In this document: in pieces, positions 41,059 through 51,383 of the stretch
Position numbering within the stretch: the stretch's first letter is position 1
How the letters are laid out: every line of letters begins with the position of its first letter
NCBI GenBank assembly: GCA_001464735.1
Contig: LNDU01000029.1
Span: 5,573 to 69,572 of the forward strand
From: Nitrospira sp. Ga0074138
Lineage (GTDB): Bacteria > Nitrospirota > Nitrospiria > Nitrospirales > Nitrospiraceae
Direction of reading: 5' to 3'
DNA length: 64,000 nt
Notes under the pieces: model-generated
Seen by the model: the letters and a program-made list of their open reading frames with translations, nothing else
Told to the model about the DNA's origin: nothing
The model's database searches: none
Program-made: the position numbers and the translations under genes

Positions 41059-41280
41059 ATGTCGGAGAAGCAGTCTCAAGAAGCTCACGAGACGGATCGG
41101 CGGATCACCATCCGCTGGAAAGGGATGCTTGCACTCAGCATCGTCTTCATTGCGCTGGGGTTCTTTGTGGAGTGGTCCCCTCCGCAGGAAGCCAGCGTAC
41201 CGAACACGTCATCTTTCCTGATCATCCTCGGTGGGCTCCTCGGTGCGGTTGGACTCCTAACTGCACTTCGGGGAGGGTAG
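41059..41280 (+). CDS. Small two-TM membrane protein
   Basis: Two hydrophobic helices in 73 aa. Confidence 0.5.
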   Translation: MSEKQSQEAHETDRRITIRWKGMLALSIVFIALGFFVEWSPPQEASVPNTSSFLIILGGLLGAVGLLTALRGG

Positions 41281-41332
41281 ATGCATATACACGGAGAGGC
41301 AGGCCCCTGCGTCTAGGGGAGATCGGATAGGA

Positions 41333-41623
41333 CTACCGACTTCCCGCCTGGGACTGAACTGCGCTCACGCCATACGGGCTGAAGAAGGCCAGCACCTTGT
41401 CACCCACCTTAAACTGGCCGCCGAGTTGGGTCTGTGGCGTGAGGTTCAGAATATGGAGCTGCCCTTTTTCGTCTCGAATAACCATCGTTCCAGGAATACC
41501 GACCGTCATCGAGACAACTTCTCCTTGAACAGGCGGAAGTGCGAGGGCGGAATTAGGTAGACTGACTAAGGTGATGGCCAGAAGTAGGAAACCGGTTAGT
41601 GCACTGTTTATAAACCGCTGCAT
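41333..41623 (-). CDS. Small secreted OB-fold-like protein
   Basis: Signal peptide ending ALA; VQGEVV...KVGDKV pattern resembling 52718..53029. Confidence 0.55.
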   Translation of the reverse strand: MQRFINSALTGFLLLAITLVSLPNSALALPPVQGEVVSMTVGIPGTMVIRDEKGQLHILNLTPQTQLGGQFKVGDKVLAFFSPYGVSAVQSQAGSR

Positions 41624-42122
41624 GGCGACATTTCCTTTTCTCATATGGTAACAGCAGTCTCTGCGGTCACATCATGATTGTCAGCTGATTGCCAGTATGG
41701 ATTTGTGGCGCTGACCGCCTTCCGTCATTGTATCAGGATGCCTGTTACCTAGGTATACGGCGGTTGAGTAAGAAGCGCGGCAGTTCGCAACACATATAAT
41801 TCCCCCTTAACCGTCGAGGTGACTCCAGATCTCACGCGATCCCACGTACGACTCTTGGTCATGCTTGTCCCCCTGCCGGTCAGTGTGACGAATCCTGGCC
41901 AAATTCACCATCGTGGCCTTTTCACTGATCCCATAGATAGAAAGTGCGCCATTCCACCTGTGTCGCCCAAAACCCAGTGACTCCCAGGTTACGTGACATG
42001 GGTTATGCACTTAGAATTAGACCCCCCTCCTTCGTGGTAGATATTTCGAGGGATGCGCTCGCTTACTCTCTCCGCTACGCTTGATCTATCAGCCTGGATG
42101 GACACAAGCGGAAGGAGCAGCC

Positions 42123-42773
42123 ATGACTAATAGGACGAATCCCGTACGACGCCATAGTCGGTTCCCGGTCAGCTGGCCAGTCCTGTATGGAAATAACGTC
42201 TTTTTCGCAGAAGGGACCGTCTTGGATTTAACCGCTCTGGGCTGGCGAGTGGTTGGATCGATGCCGGTGGTACCCGGTATGCAGTTGACCCTGCAGGTAT
42301 CCATCCCCGAACGGTCCGCACCGCTGTGTGTCTATCGTGCGACCGTGCTGTGGGTACAAGATCATGAGTTTGCGATTGAAGCCCACGAGATGGCACCGAT
42401 CGATCAAGCCTGGGTCGACGAATTTCTCCAGCACAAACTCGGGCTCATGTGGATGTCACGAACTGCCGATCATAAGCCCTCACTTCAAGCCAGAGACAAG
42501 ACACCCCATGGTGAGACCACCCTGCCACAACCTCCTGTTCCTTCCATAGAAGATATCCTGCGTCGCCTCATTGCAATTGAAACCGGTTCGGCTGATATGC
42601 CTGCCGAACCGCGGTGGGATAGTGACTCGAAGTTTCAGGAGACCGAGACACATATCCTCTGCAACCGCCGACCCAAGAAGATCTTGCGCGAAGCACACCG
42701 CATTCTTCGACGCATGGTTGCTCTCAACGCTGATCGTGTCCGAACCGGCAGAAATCTGATTGTGGGCAATTAG
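42123..42773 (+). CDS. PilZ domain protein
   Basis: RRHSRF (RxxxR) and DLTALG (D/NxSxxG-like) motifs. Confidence 0.75.
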   Translation: MTNRTNPVRRHSRFPVSWPVLYGNNVFFAEGTVLDLTALGWRVVGSMPVVPGMQLTLQVSIPERSAPLCVYRATVLWVQDHEFAIEAHEMAPIDQAWVDEFLQHKLGLMWMSRTADHKPSLQARDKTPHGETTLPQPPVPSIEDILRRLIAIETGSADMPAEPRWDSDSKFQETETHILCNRRPKKILREAHRILRRMVALNADRVRTGRNLIVGN

Positions 42774-42828
42774 CCCTTCAGGAGCAGAGACCTAACCGAC
42801 AGTACCTCAACAACCTAGTCGACGAGAA

Positions 42829-42909
42829 GGGGAAGCCCCCGGATGGCCGTCGGCTTCCCCGTGAAGAAACTCAGCGCCTCAGGGTTTGAGCGACCATCCA
42901 TTGCTTCAC
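42829..42909 (-). repeat. Relic of the repeated module: 3' end of the gene plus hairpin
   Basis: GGGGAAGCC...GGCTTCCCC hairpin followed by sequence reading VKQWMVAQTLRR* on the minus strand, matching AKEWMTAHTLKR* at 54925. Confidence 0.7.
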
Positions 42910-42959
42910 AAGCATCCGACCTCTTTACTTCTGCCTAGTGCCGCGTTGATACCTTATGC

Positions 42960-43449
42960 TTAGCTCGTCGATAGGTTCCCACAGAGACCAGGGCCATCGT
43001 CATCAATCTCACAGATAAATTTATCGTACTGGATTTGCCAGTCAAGTCGTACTTGTGAGGATTTCTCTGAATGTTGGATGGCATTGGCAATAAGCTCCTT
43101 AAAGATCGTAAATAAAGCTGGATTGGGATAGATCAGATCGAGCGACTGCGCAGTGCCTTCCGCTACACGGATTTGCCGTCTCTGGATAGCACTTCCGAAT
43201 CTCATCGAGTACTTGCATGGGCTTCGTAACAAACGGGTCACCAGCTGGCCATCCATACCCGCGATATTCCATCCCCATGCGCATCATGCTCTCGACACGG
43301 TCAAGGATAGTGGGAATGCTGGCTATCCAGCTTGTCACATGCTGGGCATGGTCAGGACTGTCGGCATGCCGAGTGACAGCTTCCGTCAACGCACGAATTG
43401 AGACGAGAGTGGAGAAAAGCTCATGCCCGAACCCGCCAAACGCACGCAC
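42960..43449 (-). pseudogene. Histidine kinase fragment (HisKA plus partial HATPase), frameshifted
   Basis: GHELFSTLVSIRAL in one frame; IFKELIANAIQHS...IDDDGPG in another. Confidence 0.6.
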
Positions 43450-44179
43450 TGATTGCGATTCGAAACAGCGTTCGGAGCTGTTTCTCGGACAACTGAACTT
43501 GATCTACGGATCTGGAGGATCTCATATAGGAACCGCTGCTGAACAATGGATCAACTTATACCGCATCCTCCATAGCTCCTAGAGAACTGGATTTTTTCAT
43601 CACCTTCCGCCTTGCTTCTTCTCTCATTCTCGAGAGTGGGACCCGCCACAAAAGCCTACCCACGCTATGAAGAGGTTGGCCAGATTCCTCACTCACACCA
43701 CCTACCAGAAGGATGGCTGCGCCCTACCAGTGTGGTGTTGGATCTTGTGACTGTTTGGGCAAGATGGACGCGTGAGGTATCGGGGTATTCGTAAGCCCTC
43801 CCAGTGGAAGGGGCGGATCGTTGATGTTCATAAAATCGCAACAAGGTACTCATCACACGGGGTCCAAAGGTGGCCCGAGCCACCCCGGTCGAAGTGGGAT
43901 CGGTATCGTCTTGGTGCTGTGCGCATTGTGGCTGATCTTGGCGCTACTAGGCTGCTCCTCAGTACGGGAGTCCGTATAGCTATCCTGCACGGGACGAAGC
44001 CCACGCCCGCACGATGGCCTAGAGTATGGAATGTCTGCGATAACCAAGCACTGGGGGCGGATGAAAACAAGGATGGAGGCCCATATCTACCCCTTCGGGG
44101 GGCTCATTAGAGATATGCGGCTTAGTCCAGCGAAGGGGGCGAGGGTAAGTCTCCGGGCTTCACTTTCGAGGCCTACGGG

Positions 44180-44827
44180 TCAGGCCGCTTCCGGTCTTGG
44201 GGCTGAACCACGGGATACGGCTGGTATCAGGCAGTTTCTCGGTCTTTTTGTCGAACCCCTTGAAGCCTCTGCCTTTGCGCTTCGCGACGAGACGGGGCTT
44301 GGAGTGCTGTGTCGGTATACTCCAAGTATATCAATCGGGAAATACCCGCCGAGGGGTGGAGAAAGCAGGGTCTTGGCAAGATTCGTCAAGGCTTCGTGTC
44401 TGGCCCGTACCGCTCGCTGAAACGCCCCGTGTTCACCGTACCGCTTAATCGAGAATTTCTTCATTCTCGCCTTACCGCCTCCGATCGGCCATTGTGCCAA
44501 CCAGTACCGCCGGGACCAGATCCGACCCTGTGACGTTTCAACGGCCTCGATTCTGGTGACCCTTGACACGCCGGAACGGTTGTTTGTCTTTCTTTTTGTG
44601 CAGAGTTCTTGCCGTGTCAACGGTCGCAGGGAGGCTAATAGAGTGTCGCGGTACACCTTGGCCGCAGTGAGGGCCTTGCGCTTCCAGCCATGGACTAAGT
44701 CTGCAAAGTGCTGATGGTAGATCCGGCCTCGTCGTTGGACGGTCACCACCCAAGCGTGTGTTCGAGACTTCGCGCTGTCAATGCGATAGATGTGCATGAT
44801 GGCCACAGGCTCCACGCCAGAGATCAC
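44180..44827 (-). CDS. AP2-domain DNA-binding protein
   Basis: AWVVTVQRRG...F...ALTAAKVYRD, NNRSGVSRV, and WLAQW...KKFSIKRYGEHGAFQRAVRAR. The start may be 44797. Confidence 0.7.
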   Translation of the reverse strand: MISGVEPVAIMHIYRIDSAKSRTHAWVVTVQRRGRIYHQHFADLVHGWKRKALTAAKVYRDTLLASLRPLTRQELCTKRKTNNRSGVSRVTRIEAVETSQGRIWSRRYWLAQWPIGGGKARMKKFSIKRYGEHGAFQRAVRARHEALTNLAKTLLSPPLGGYFPIDILGVYRHSTPSPVSSRSAKAEASRGSTKRPRNCLIPAVSRGSAPRPEAA

Positions 44828-44848
44828 GTCTCTTCCGCTGCAAGAACC

Positions 44849-45127
44849 TTACGGAAAAATTCTCTCTTCGACGGTGATGTCCCAATACTTCGACACTTGA
44901 ATGCGCTTGCCGGGATTCTGAAGGATCTTCTTAATCGCTTTCGCGTCTATGAATCGCCGCAACTCCTCACAAGACATCTGATCGGCGAAGAACTCCTCGT
45001 GCACAACCAGGAGCCAAGACAGCTTGTGATCGTCAGTGTGAAAGGTAAATGTCGGTCTGATCTTCTGATCGAACTTCACGTCTCTGAATTGCGTTTCGAG
45101 ACATGCCTGTATGGTCTGCACTTTCAT
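44849..45127 (-). CDS. Hypothetical protein
   Basis: Compact ORF in line with its neighbours. Confidence 0.5.
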   Translation of the reverse strand: MKVQTIQACLETQFRDVKFDQKIRPTFTFHTDDHKLSWLLVVHEEFFADQMSCEELRRFIDAKAIKKILQNPGKRIQVSKYWDITVEERIFP

Positions 45128-45247
45128 CGGATCAATTCCACCTGGACGACTGTTCATACCTATCTCCTTCCTGTTCCATACGTCATCTGTGAGGCTGGCC
45201 CGGGCAGAGTCGGTTTGCGGCCTCCACCACCAGCGTTGAGGGCTCGG

Positions 45248-45610
45248 CTAGTGCAGCAACTCGTATTGAACCGCGGTGAGTAAAGCAGGAAGATCCAGGG
45301 GTTTCGCAAAGGTCTGCCGAGCCCCCATGAGTCTGGCTTTCTGGAGTTCGTCTGCGGAGTGGCCGCTCATGGCGATGACCTTCACATTCAAAAACGCCCG
45401 GGTCAATTCCAACAGGACTTCCAGGCCGTTCATCTCCGGCATCTCCAGATCCGTGATGACCAGATCCACGGGCTGCGCGTGGAATCGCTCGAGGCCCTGC
45501 CGGCCATTGGGAGCCTCGCAGACCTGATACCCGGCCTCTGTCAGCACCTGGGCCAGCAGCATGCGTATGGACGCATGATCCTCAATGATCAGGATGGTGG
45601 CTACCCTCAT
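45248..45610 (-). CDS. Stand-alone response regulator receiver
   Basis: ILIIEDH, DLVITDLEMPEMNG, VIAMSG and KPLD. Confidence 0.85.
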   Translation of the reverse strand: MRVATILIIEDHASIRMLLAQVLTEAGYQVCEAPNGRQGLERFHAQPVDLVITDLEMPEMNGLEVLLELTRAFLNVKVIAMSGHSADELQKARLMGARQTFAKPLDLPALLTAVQYELLH

Positions 45611-45654
45611 CGCCTTGCCCCTTCTCACAGTAGAAGAACGCGTTGCCAGCCTCG

Positions 45655-45900
45655 TTAGGCGGCAAGCGGCTCACCTGACTCTGATTCCCATGGCAATTCA
45701 ACGGTCTCCTCAACCGTCGCGGCGTGGGGACTGACCGCGATCGGCCTCGCTTGGAGCTGACGATGGCACTGCAGAACCGCATCATCTCGATGGCCACAAT
45801 TGACGCATCGCCACGACCGGCTCCACATTTCGCCATAGCCCCCTGCCATATCGATCATCTGTTCCTCCAGCATCAACCCCTTACAGCGTGTACAGCTCAT
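45655..45900 (-). CDS. Small CxxC...CxxC zinc-ribbon-like protein
   Basis: MSCTRCKGLM...WRCVNCG. Confidence 0.65.
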   Translation of the reverse strand: MSCTRCKGLMLEEQMIDMAGGYGEMWSRSWRCVNCGHRDDAVLQCHRQLQARPIAVSPHAATVEETVELPWESESGEPLAA

Positions 45901-46179
45901 CGCAGCTCTCCCTCTGGTGATTAGTGATGGCGTCGCGTCTGAGATCAACCGTATCAGGGATGGCAGTTCAGGCTAGATGCGAACGAGGTACATCGGAAGG
46001 GGGGGTACCTAGAGTGAGGAACGAGGGATGAAATCCAGAGTCAACCTCTGGCCTGAACTAGTGGGGATTATACCGGTCTACATCCTATGTTTATCCCCAG
46101 TATGGAATCCCCTTAGGCTTTGCTAGGGTTCGAGGAGATATTACAGAGCTTGAAAGAAGCCAGACTTTTCTTTAGACGC

Positions 46180-46672
46180 AAAGGAGGACGCGACTGGGAA
46201 GGCGATACCATCGTGGGGGCTCACCACAAGGGGGCGCTGCTCACCCATGTCGAGCGCAAAAGCCTGTTTACCACCATCTCGAAACTGCCCCGTTCGACGG
46301 CGACGGCGGCTCACGCGCCACGGTGCGTCGGCTGACGCCACTGCGCGACCACGTCCATACGATCACCTACGACAACGGCAAAGAGTTTGCCAGGCACCGA
46401 CACACTGCGCACCACCTGCAGGCTCACATCTTCTTTGCCAGGCCTTATCACGCGTGGGAACGCGGGGTGAATGAGAACACAAATGGCCTGATTCGAGACT
46501 TCTTCTCAAAGGGGACGGACTTCACTACAATTCACCCGGCGACGGTGGCCAAAGTTGAACGTCTGCTCAACCGTTGGCCCAGAAAATCGCTCGGCTTTCA
46601 AACGCCCAACGAGGTCTTTCACGCGCTGGCCAGAGGCGGCTGAACGTTGTGCACTGGAGAGTTGAATCTGCG
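46180..46672 (+). mobile_element. IS30-family transposase 3' remnant with probable right end
   Basis: DWEGDTIVG, TITYDNGKEFA and PYHAWERGVNENTNGLIR..F.KGTDF (DDE motif); frameshift near 46316; TGCACTGGAGAGTTGAATC end-like sequence after the stop. Confidence 0.85.
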
Positions 46673-46677
46673 GTAGA

Positions 46678-47271
46678 TTAACTGCGGACTAAGAAGTCGA
46701 TGGGTTTGAAAGTGCCGTTGTTGGAGCCTTCAGCAGAGCAGGCGGTTAAGCCGCATACCATATCCATCTCAGCTCGGAGTGCGATGTGGTCCCCGGCCTT
46801 CGACTTAGGCACACCGACCGTCAGCATCCCCTGCGGGTCAACCGTGACGTTCATGAATATGTTGAACGTCGTTGAGATATCGGCGGCCGAGATGCCGTGC
46901 TCCTTCAGGGACAGAAAGAGGTTCTCAAAACAGCTCGGATGATGACCCTTGTGTTTGTAAAGGATCTCAAACATCTCTTGGCTGCACGGCGTCAGGAGGA
47001 AATCATGCAGGCCGACGGTATCCTCAATAATGGTGAACATGGGTTTGCTGTTGTTCGCATAGAGAATGTTGTTCGTCGTCAGGTAGATTCCGCTCGCATA
47101 GTCTAGGGAACGCCCTGATGACAGCCGGCAATTAGGATCGTGCTCATCGACTGCAAATAGATCAGCTACCTGTTCGCCAAGAGGATCAACTACCTGCAGG
47201 ATCTGTTTCCGTTTGATTTTGAATGAGCGACCATTCTGTGGCGGAATGCGGATCATCTGTGAGTAAGTCAT
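46678..47271 (-). CDS. DUF1989 / urea carboxylase-associated family protein
   Basis: VDPLGEQVADL, HDFLLTPCS, HPSCFENL, FNIFMNV and LTACSA..SN. Confidence 0.85.
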   Translation of the reverse strand: MTYSQMIRIPPQNGRSFKIKRKQILQVVDPLGEQVADLFAVDEHDPNCRLSSGRSLDYASGIYLTTNNILYANNSKPMFTIIEDTVGLHDFLLTPCSQEMFEILYKHKGHHPSCFENLFLSLKEHGISAADISTTFNIFMNVTVDPQGMLTVGVPKSKAGDHIALRAEMDMVCGLTACSAEGSNNGTFKPIDFLVRS

Positions 47272-48104
47272 CTTGTGTCATTCTTTCGTGGGTGGAAGGG
47301 GCACGTCCAATTAGCCGGGACGGCGCGTCCGGAATACTGACGTGCCTCCGAGTTTTCACCAAAGGCCTCCAGCATCGGGTTGATTGATCCCTGGAATGTC
47401 TTATCCCGGACTCGGATTGTCTGCTTCATGGTTTCAAATTTTCCGCGCGCGCGCAGGCGGTCAAACTGCTCGTGTAAGTTGAACACCATCGTGGGATACG
47501 GGCGGGTTCGAGCCTGCCGCGAGGCTTTAGGGTGCATGCCGATAACATACATCGCTCGCCCACCTATGCTGAACGAAAACCGATGGCTCCTAGGATCGGA
47601 GTCAACACTCTTGTCCCAAGAAAAGAAATTGGAATCAAGGGAGTGCATGGCCTGAAGTTGATTCCACAGGAGGTCTTCGAAATGCTGTTCTGACTGAATT
47701 GCCGGTCCATGGAACATTGCGATGAAGGTAATGAAATGGTCATCGATGCCTGGGAATTCATGGCAAAATTCGTACAGATCATGACACACGGCACGTACGG
47801 CACTGTCACCGGATAGCTCCGGGTATAAGCCGAAACGATAACTCTTTTGGCTGAATGCCGAGATCGCGCCTGTGCACGGGAAAAACTGGCCCAAGATCTG
47901 ATGTCTTAGCTGGCCATGCGCATCAGTGAGCTCTCTGTCGACGGTACGTGTAGGCGATCTGATGATTTTGTCATCCGTGAATGCCGCATAGCTTGAAAAT
48001 TTCTGGGCCACCGGATCGGCTGACAAAGGGTTCCACAGGCGATTATTGCTGCTGTCGGTTATGTGGTTTTCAGTGGACGGCATGTGAGGGAAATCTGGTT
48101 GCAT
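47268..48104 (-). CDS. YqcI/YcgG family protein (GntA/DcsA-like guanidino N-hydroxylase family)
   Basis: FFPCTGA, FEDLLWNQLQAMH, FSFSIGGRAMYVIGMHP.ASRQAR, VFNLHEQF and SEARQYSG; GGAG RBS; 4-bp overlap with the DUF1989 gene. Confidence 0.8.
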   Translation of the reverse strand: MQPDFPHMPSTENHITDSSNNRLWNPLSADPVAQKFSSYAAFTDDKIIRSPTRTVDRELTDAHGQLRHQILGQFFPCTGAISAFSQKSYRFGLYPELSGDSAVRAVCHDLYEFCHEFPGIDDHFITFIAMFHGPAIQSEQHFEDLLWNQLQAMHSLDSNFFSWDKSVDSDPRSHRFSFSIGGRAMYVIGMHPKASRQARTRPYPTMVFNLHEQFDRLRARGKFETMKQTIRVRDKTFQGSINPMLEAFGENSEARQYSGRAVPANWTCPFHPRKNDTR

Positions 48105-49178
48105 GGTGAAACTCCGTTGATATCTTGAGTCAAGCAGCAACTGCTCACTGATACCAGGATAGGCATCCTCCGTCCCGCGATTGTTTTCTAAGGGATTGTT
48201 CCGCTTCCGAACACGGCCCTGGTGACCAATCCTGTATGTCGGGTCCAAGTTGTATATGCCGGGAGTTGTCCCTCTGCAAAGACTTGTCAGCCTGCGAGTA
48301 GACTACTTGCACGTACCTAGGTTTTTGCCTGCCTCACAGGTGACTAGCTTCCGACACTCTAGGCGTAACGGCAATAGTGCGTTGGGTTAGGGGAGCCATG
48401 CTTTGGTATGCCGAAGTTATACGTGTCAACGGTACACACCCACATGATTAATTGAAGAAATTGTCCGGGACGACGGAGTCGCGGGGGGGCGGCAATCCGG
48501 AGGAATACTTTCTCAGGCTTCCCGTGCCGTTCCCTAACGGCAGAGAACACGGGAAAACAGCCAGCCAAGACCGTGGGTATTTGGGTATTATGGTTCTACT
48601 AGACGACTATGAGCGGTAAGAAGCAGGGCAGATGGTCTAACTATGAAAAGCTGTTTCAATCGCTGATGGTTGATTCGAATGAGGAATAGAGATGTTGTAG
48701 AAAACGACTTCCGTCATTATTTAACATTGGCAACCCACATCCTGTTGCAGCAGGTAATGTCCTCTCCTGAAGTGTAGCGCATCAATCCAACCGGTCTGGG
48801 GAAATCCCTCACGGGGCTATTATCCTTTTCTCATGAGTTCTCACTCCACGTGCAACACGAGCGGCATGCCAGGGCTGAGGTATTGCATTGCAAAAGAGAG
48901 CCTATCGACACATGGGTGTAGACGAACGAGGAATCTTGAGTCTGGGGCTGGCAAGGGTCAAACATTGCTGACGCTGGCATTGGTATTGGGACGACCCCCA
49001 GCACCATGAGCTGTGAAACAGGCCCGGAACACAAAGCCTATGCGAGGCCTCCATCTTTTGGTGGATATATATTGTGGTCGCTATACATTATAAAAAAATC
49101 GTTCAAGTTATATACACGCCCCCCAACTTGTCTGTGTGCCCAGTGCAAAAACTCTATGTGGAGGCTAATGGTAGCACG

Positions 49179-50129
49179 ATGGAACACATTGCCCAACCAA
49201 CAAGGACAACAGCCCTTCGAGACAAGTTGCGAGACACCTGGTTGCAGGATCTCGTCATCCACTATCGGGCCATTAAACGCCGGGTGATGCGACGGTCCGA
49301 AGGCGAGACCTTTCTGTTGCGCCGATATGCACGGATCCACGGCAAATCTCTTAACCTAACAAATCCTCAGACCTTTACGGAGAAGCTGTTCTGGCGCATG
49401 GTGACCTGGAATCGGGGAGACATGCCCTCACGGTTTCGGGAGCTGGCTGATAAGTATGCGGTGCGGGGCCATGTCGCGAGCAGAGTGGGCGAGGAATACT
49501 TAGTCAAGCTCTTATGGCACGGGGACGATCCGCGTGCGATTCCGTTTGACCGGTTGCCAGCAGAGTATGTGATCAAGCCCAGCCATGCGGCGGGGCAAGT
49601 GATCATCGTCAGAAATGAGGCGGATCGTGAAGATATCATCCGTCAAGTGTCGGGGTGGTTGGCCAGCAACTATTATTGGCATGGACGCGAAGCACAATAC
49701 TACGGGATTCCACCTCGGATTCTGATCGAGGAATGCCTGACCAATGAAGATGGAAGTCCGCCGCTCGACTATAAATTCTACTGTTTTAACGGCATGCCTG
49801 ATCAGATTATTGTGCGCAATCATACGCACGACATTCATCCAATTTTCGACACGACATGGAATCTACTTGACCTTGTCGTTTCAAAATGCACAGTACGGTC
49901 GCTGGTGCCAAAGCCGGATAATCTGAAGGAGATGCTTGCGCTCGCCGCGAGGCTGTCGGACGGGTTCGGATTCGTCCGCGTCGACTTATACAACGTCCAG
50001 GGGCGAGTCTATTTTGGTGAGCTGACTTTTACTCCTGCGGCGGGGATAATAAAATATACTCCTGAAAGTTGGGATTTGAAGCATGGGCAGAAATGGGATC
50101 TGTCCTTAGACGTGAAAGCTAGAACGTGA
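49179..50129 (+). CDS. TupA-like ATP-grasp protein
   Basis: PQTFTEKL, ADKYAVR, YVIKPSHAAG, DYKFYCFNG and RVDLY...YFGELTFTP. Start uncertain (the ORF opens at 49074). Confidence 0.8.
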   Translation: MEHIAQPTRTTALRDKLRDTWLQDLVIHYRAIKRRVMRRSEGETFLLRRYARIHGKSLNLTNPQTFTEKLFWRMVTWNRGDMPSRFRELADKYAVRGHVASRVGEEYLVKLLWHGDDPRAIPFDRLPAEYVIKPSHAAGQVIIVRNEADREDIIRQVSGWLASNYYWHGREAQYYGIPPRILIEECLTNEDGSPPLDYKFYCFNGMPDQIIVRNHTHDIHPIFDTTWNLLDLVVSKCTVRSLVPKPDNLKEMLALAARLSDGFGFVRVDLYNVQGRVYFGELTFTPAAGIIKYTPESWDLKHGQKWDLSLDVKART

Positions 50130-50189
50130 TCCAACTGGCAGGAAGCATCCTCCCCTTCACGAAAATGGCGAGGACGGTAACGCACCGGG

Positions 50190-50648
50190 ATGAGGCAAGG
50201 AGAGATCCTCAACCTGCAGTGGCAGGATGTGGATTTCATACGCGGGACGCTCATCGTGATGAAGAGCAAGAACGGCACACGCCGCACGATTCCATTGAAC
50301 AGCACGGTGTTTGCGTTGCTCGCCGCCAAGCAAGCTGCGACAGGCGCATCATCCGGGCCGGTGTTCAAAAGTCCGCTGGGTAATACCCTTCAAGTGCGGT
50401 TCTTGGTGCGAGAGTTTTGTGAGGCAAGGGATCGGGCCGGGATTCCCGATTTCCGTTTTCACGACATACGGCACACGTTTGCCACGCGACTCGTGCAACG
50501 TGGGATCGATTTGTACAAGGTCCAACGTCTCCTCGGTCACAAGACCGGGACTATGACACAGCGCTATGCCCATCATTCGCCTGAGAGTTTGAGGGACGGC
50601 GTGAACGTGCTCGATGCTTGCAAACATGCCACATCTGGCATACCATGA
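50190..50648 (+). pseudogene. Tyrosine recombinase catalytic C-terminal fragment
   Basis: GMRQGEILNL.W.DVD, FHDIRHTFATRL, LLGH and RYAH; the N-terminal domains are absent. Confidence 0.8.
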
Positions 50649-50670
50649 GATGACCTAGCCACGGAGTGCG

Positions 50671-51009
50671 ATGAAACCGGTTCATTTTGTTGGAACGTCA
50701 CGGGAGGATCTTCGCGAGCTTCCGGAGACGGTGCAGGAAACAGCCGGATTTCAGCTCTTCAAAGTCCAACAAGGCAAAGATCCGGATGATTGGAAGCCGA
50801 TAACGACGGTCGGACCTGGCGTCCAGGAACTCCGGGTTCGGGATGAGAGCGGGGCCTATCGAGTCTTCTATGTAGCGAAGTTCCAAGAAGCGGTCTATGT
50901 GCTCCATGTGTTTGAGAAACGCTCACAGAAAACAGTGAGGACTGATCTCGAGCTCGGCAAGACTCGATATGCCGATCTCCTCAGGTGGAGAAGGGAGAAA
51001 GGGCTATGA
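50671..51009 (+). CDS. RelE/HigB-type (Gp49-like) toxin
   Basis: PDDWKPITTVGPGVQELRV...YRVFYVAKF.EAVYVLHVFEKRSQKT. Confidence 0.85.
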   Translation: MKPVHFVGTSREDLRELPETVQETAGFQLFKVQQGKDPDDWKPITTVGPGVQELRVRDESGAYRVFYVAKFQEAVYVLHVFEKRSQKTVRTDLELGKTRYADLLRWRREKGL

Positions 51010-51383
51010 CACGCGCAACCGTGACGAAAGGGAGTGGAAATATCTTCCGGGATCTGGGGTTTTCGGACGAGCGATCGGCCGAACTCCTTCTCAAATGCAG
51101 TTTACTGCAAGCCCTTCAGGACACGATTCGGCGCCACGCGTGGAAGCAGGTGGAGGCGGCCACGCGCCTCGGGATCGATCAGGCCAAAGTGTCCAAGCTC
51201 CTCTCGGGACAGATCGCCGGGTTCTCGGTTGAACGTTTGGTGCATTTCCTCTCCTTACTAGGCCAAGATGTGGAAGTCACCGTGCGTCAGGCTCCGCGCG
51301 GACAGCGATACGGCACGGTCCGGTCGAAGGTCACGAGACGATCGCGTACGGTCGCGAGAGCTCGGTCGGAGAACGTATCATGA
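51006..51383 (+). CDS. XRE/HigA-type HTH antitoxin
   Basis: GSGNIFRDLG...KQVEAATRLGIDQAKVSKLLSG...FSVERL; ATGA overlap with the toxin. Confidence 0.85.
   Translation: MTRATVTKGSGNIFRDLGFSDERSAELLLKCSLLQALQDTIRRHAWKQVEAATRLGIDQAKVSKLLSGQIAGFSVERLVHFLSLLGQDVEVTVRQAPRGQRYGTVRSKVTRRSRTVARARSENVS

Noticed and set aside
46061-46099. GTGGGGATTATACCG / GTTTATCCCCA resembling halves of I-E CRISPR repeats
   Set aside because: They form a short inverted repeat, lack the GTGTTCCCC half and do not have repeat-spacer spacing.
48987-48999. GGG-ACGA-CCC hairpin resembling a guanidine-II riboswitch loop
   Set aside because: A single 3-bp-stem hairpin (two are required), on the wrong strand and far from the YqcI/DUF1989 genes.
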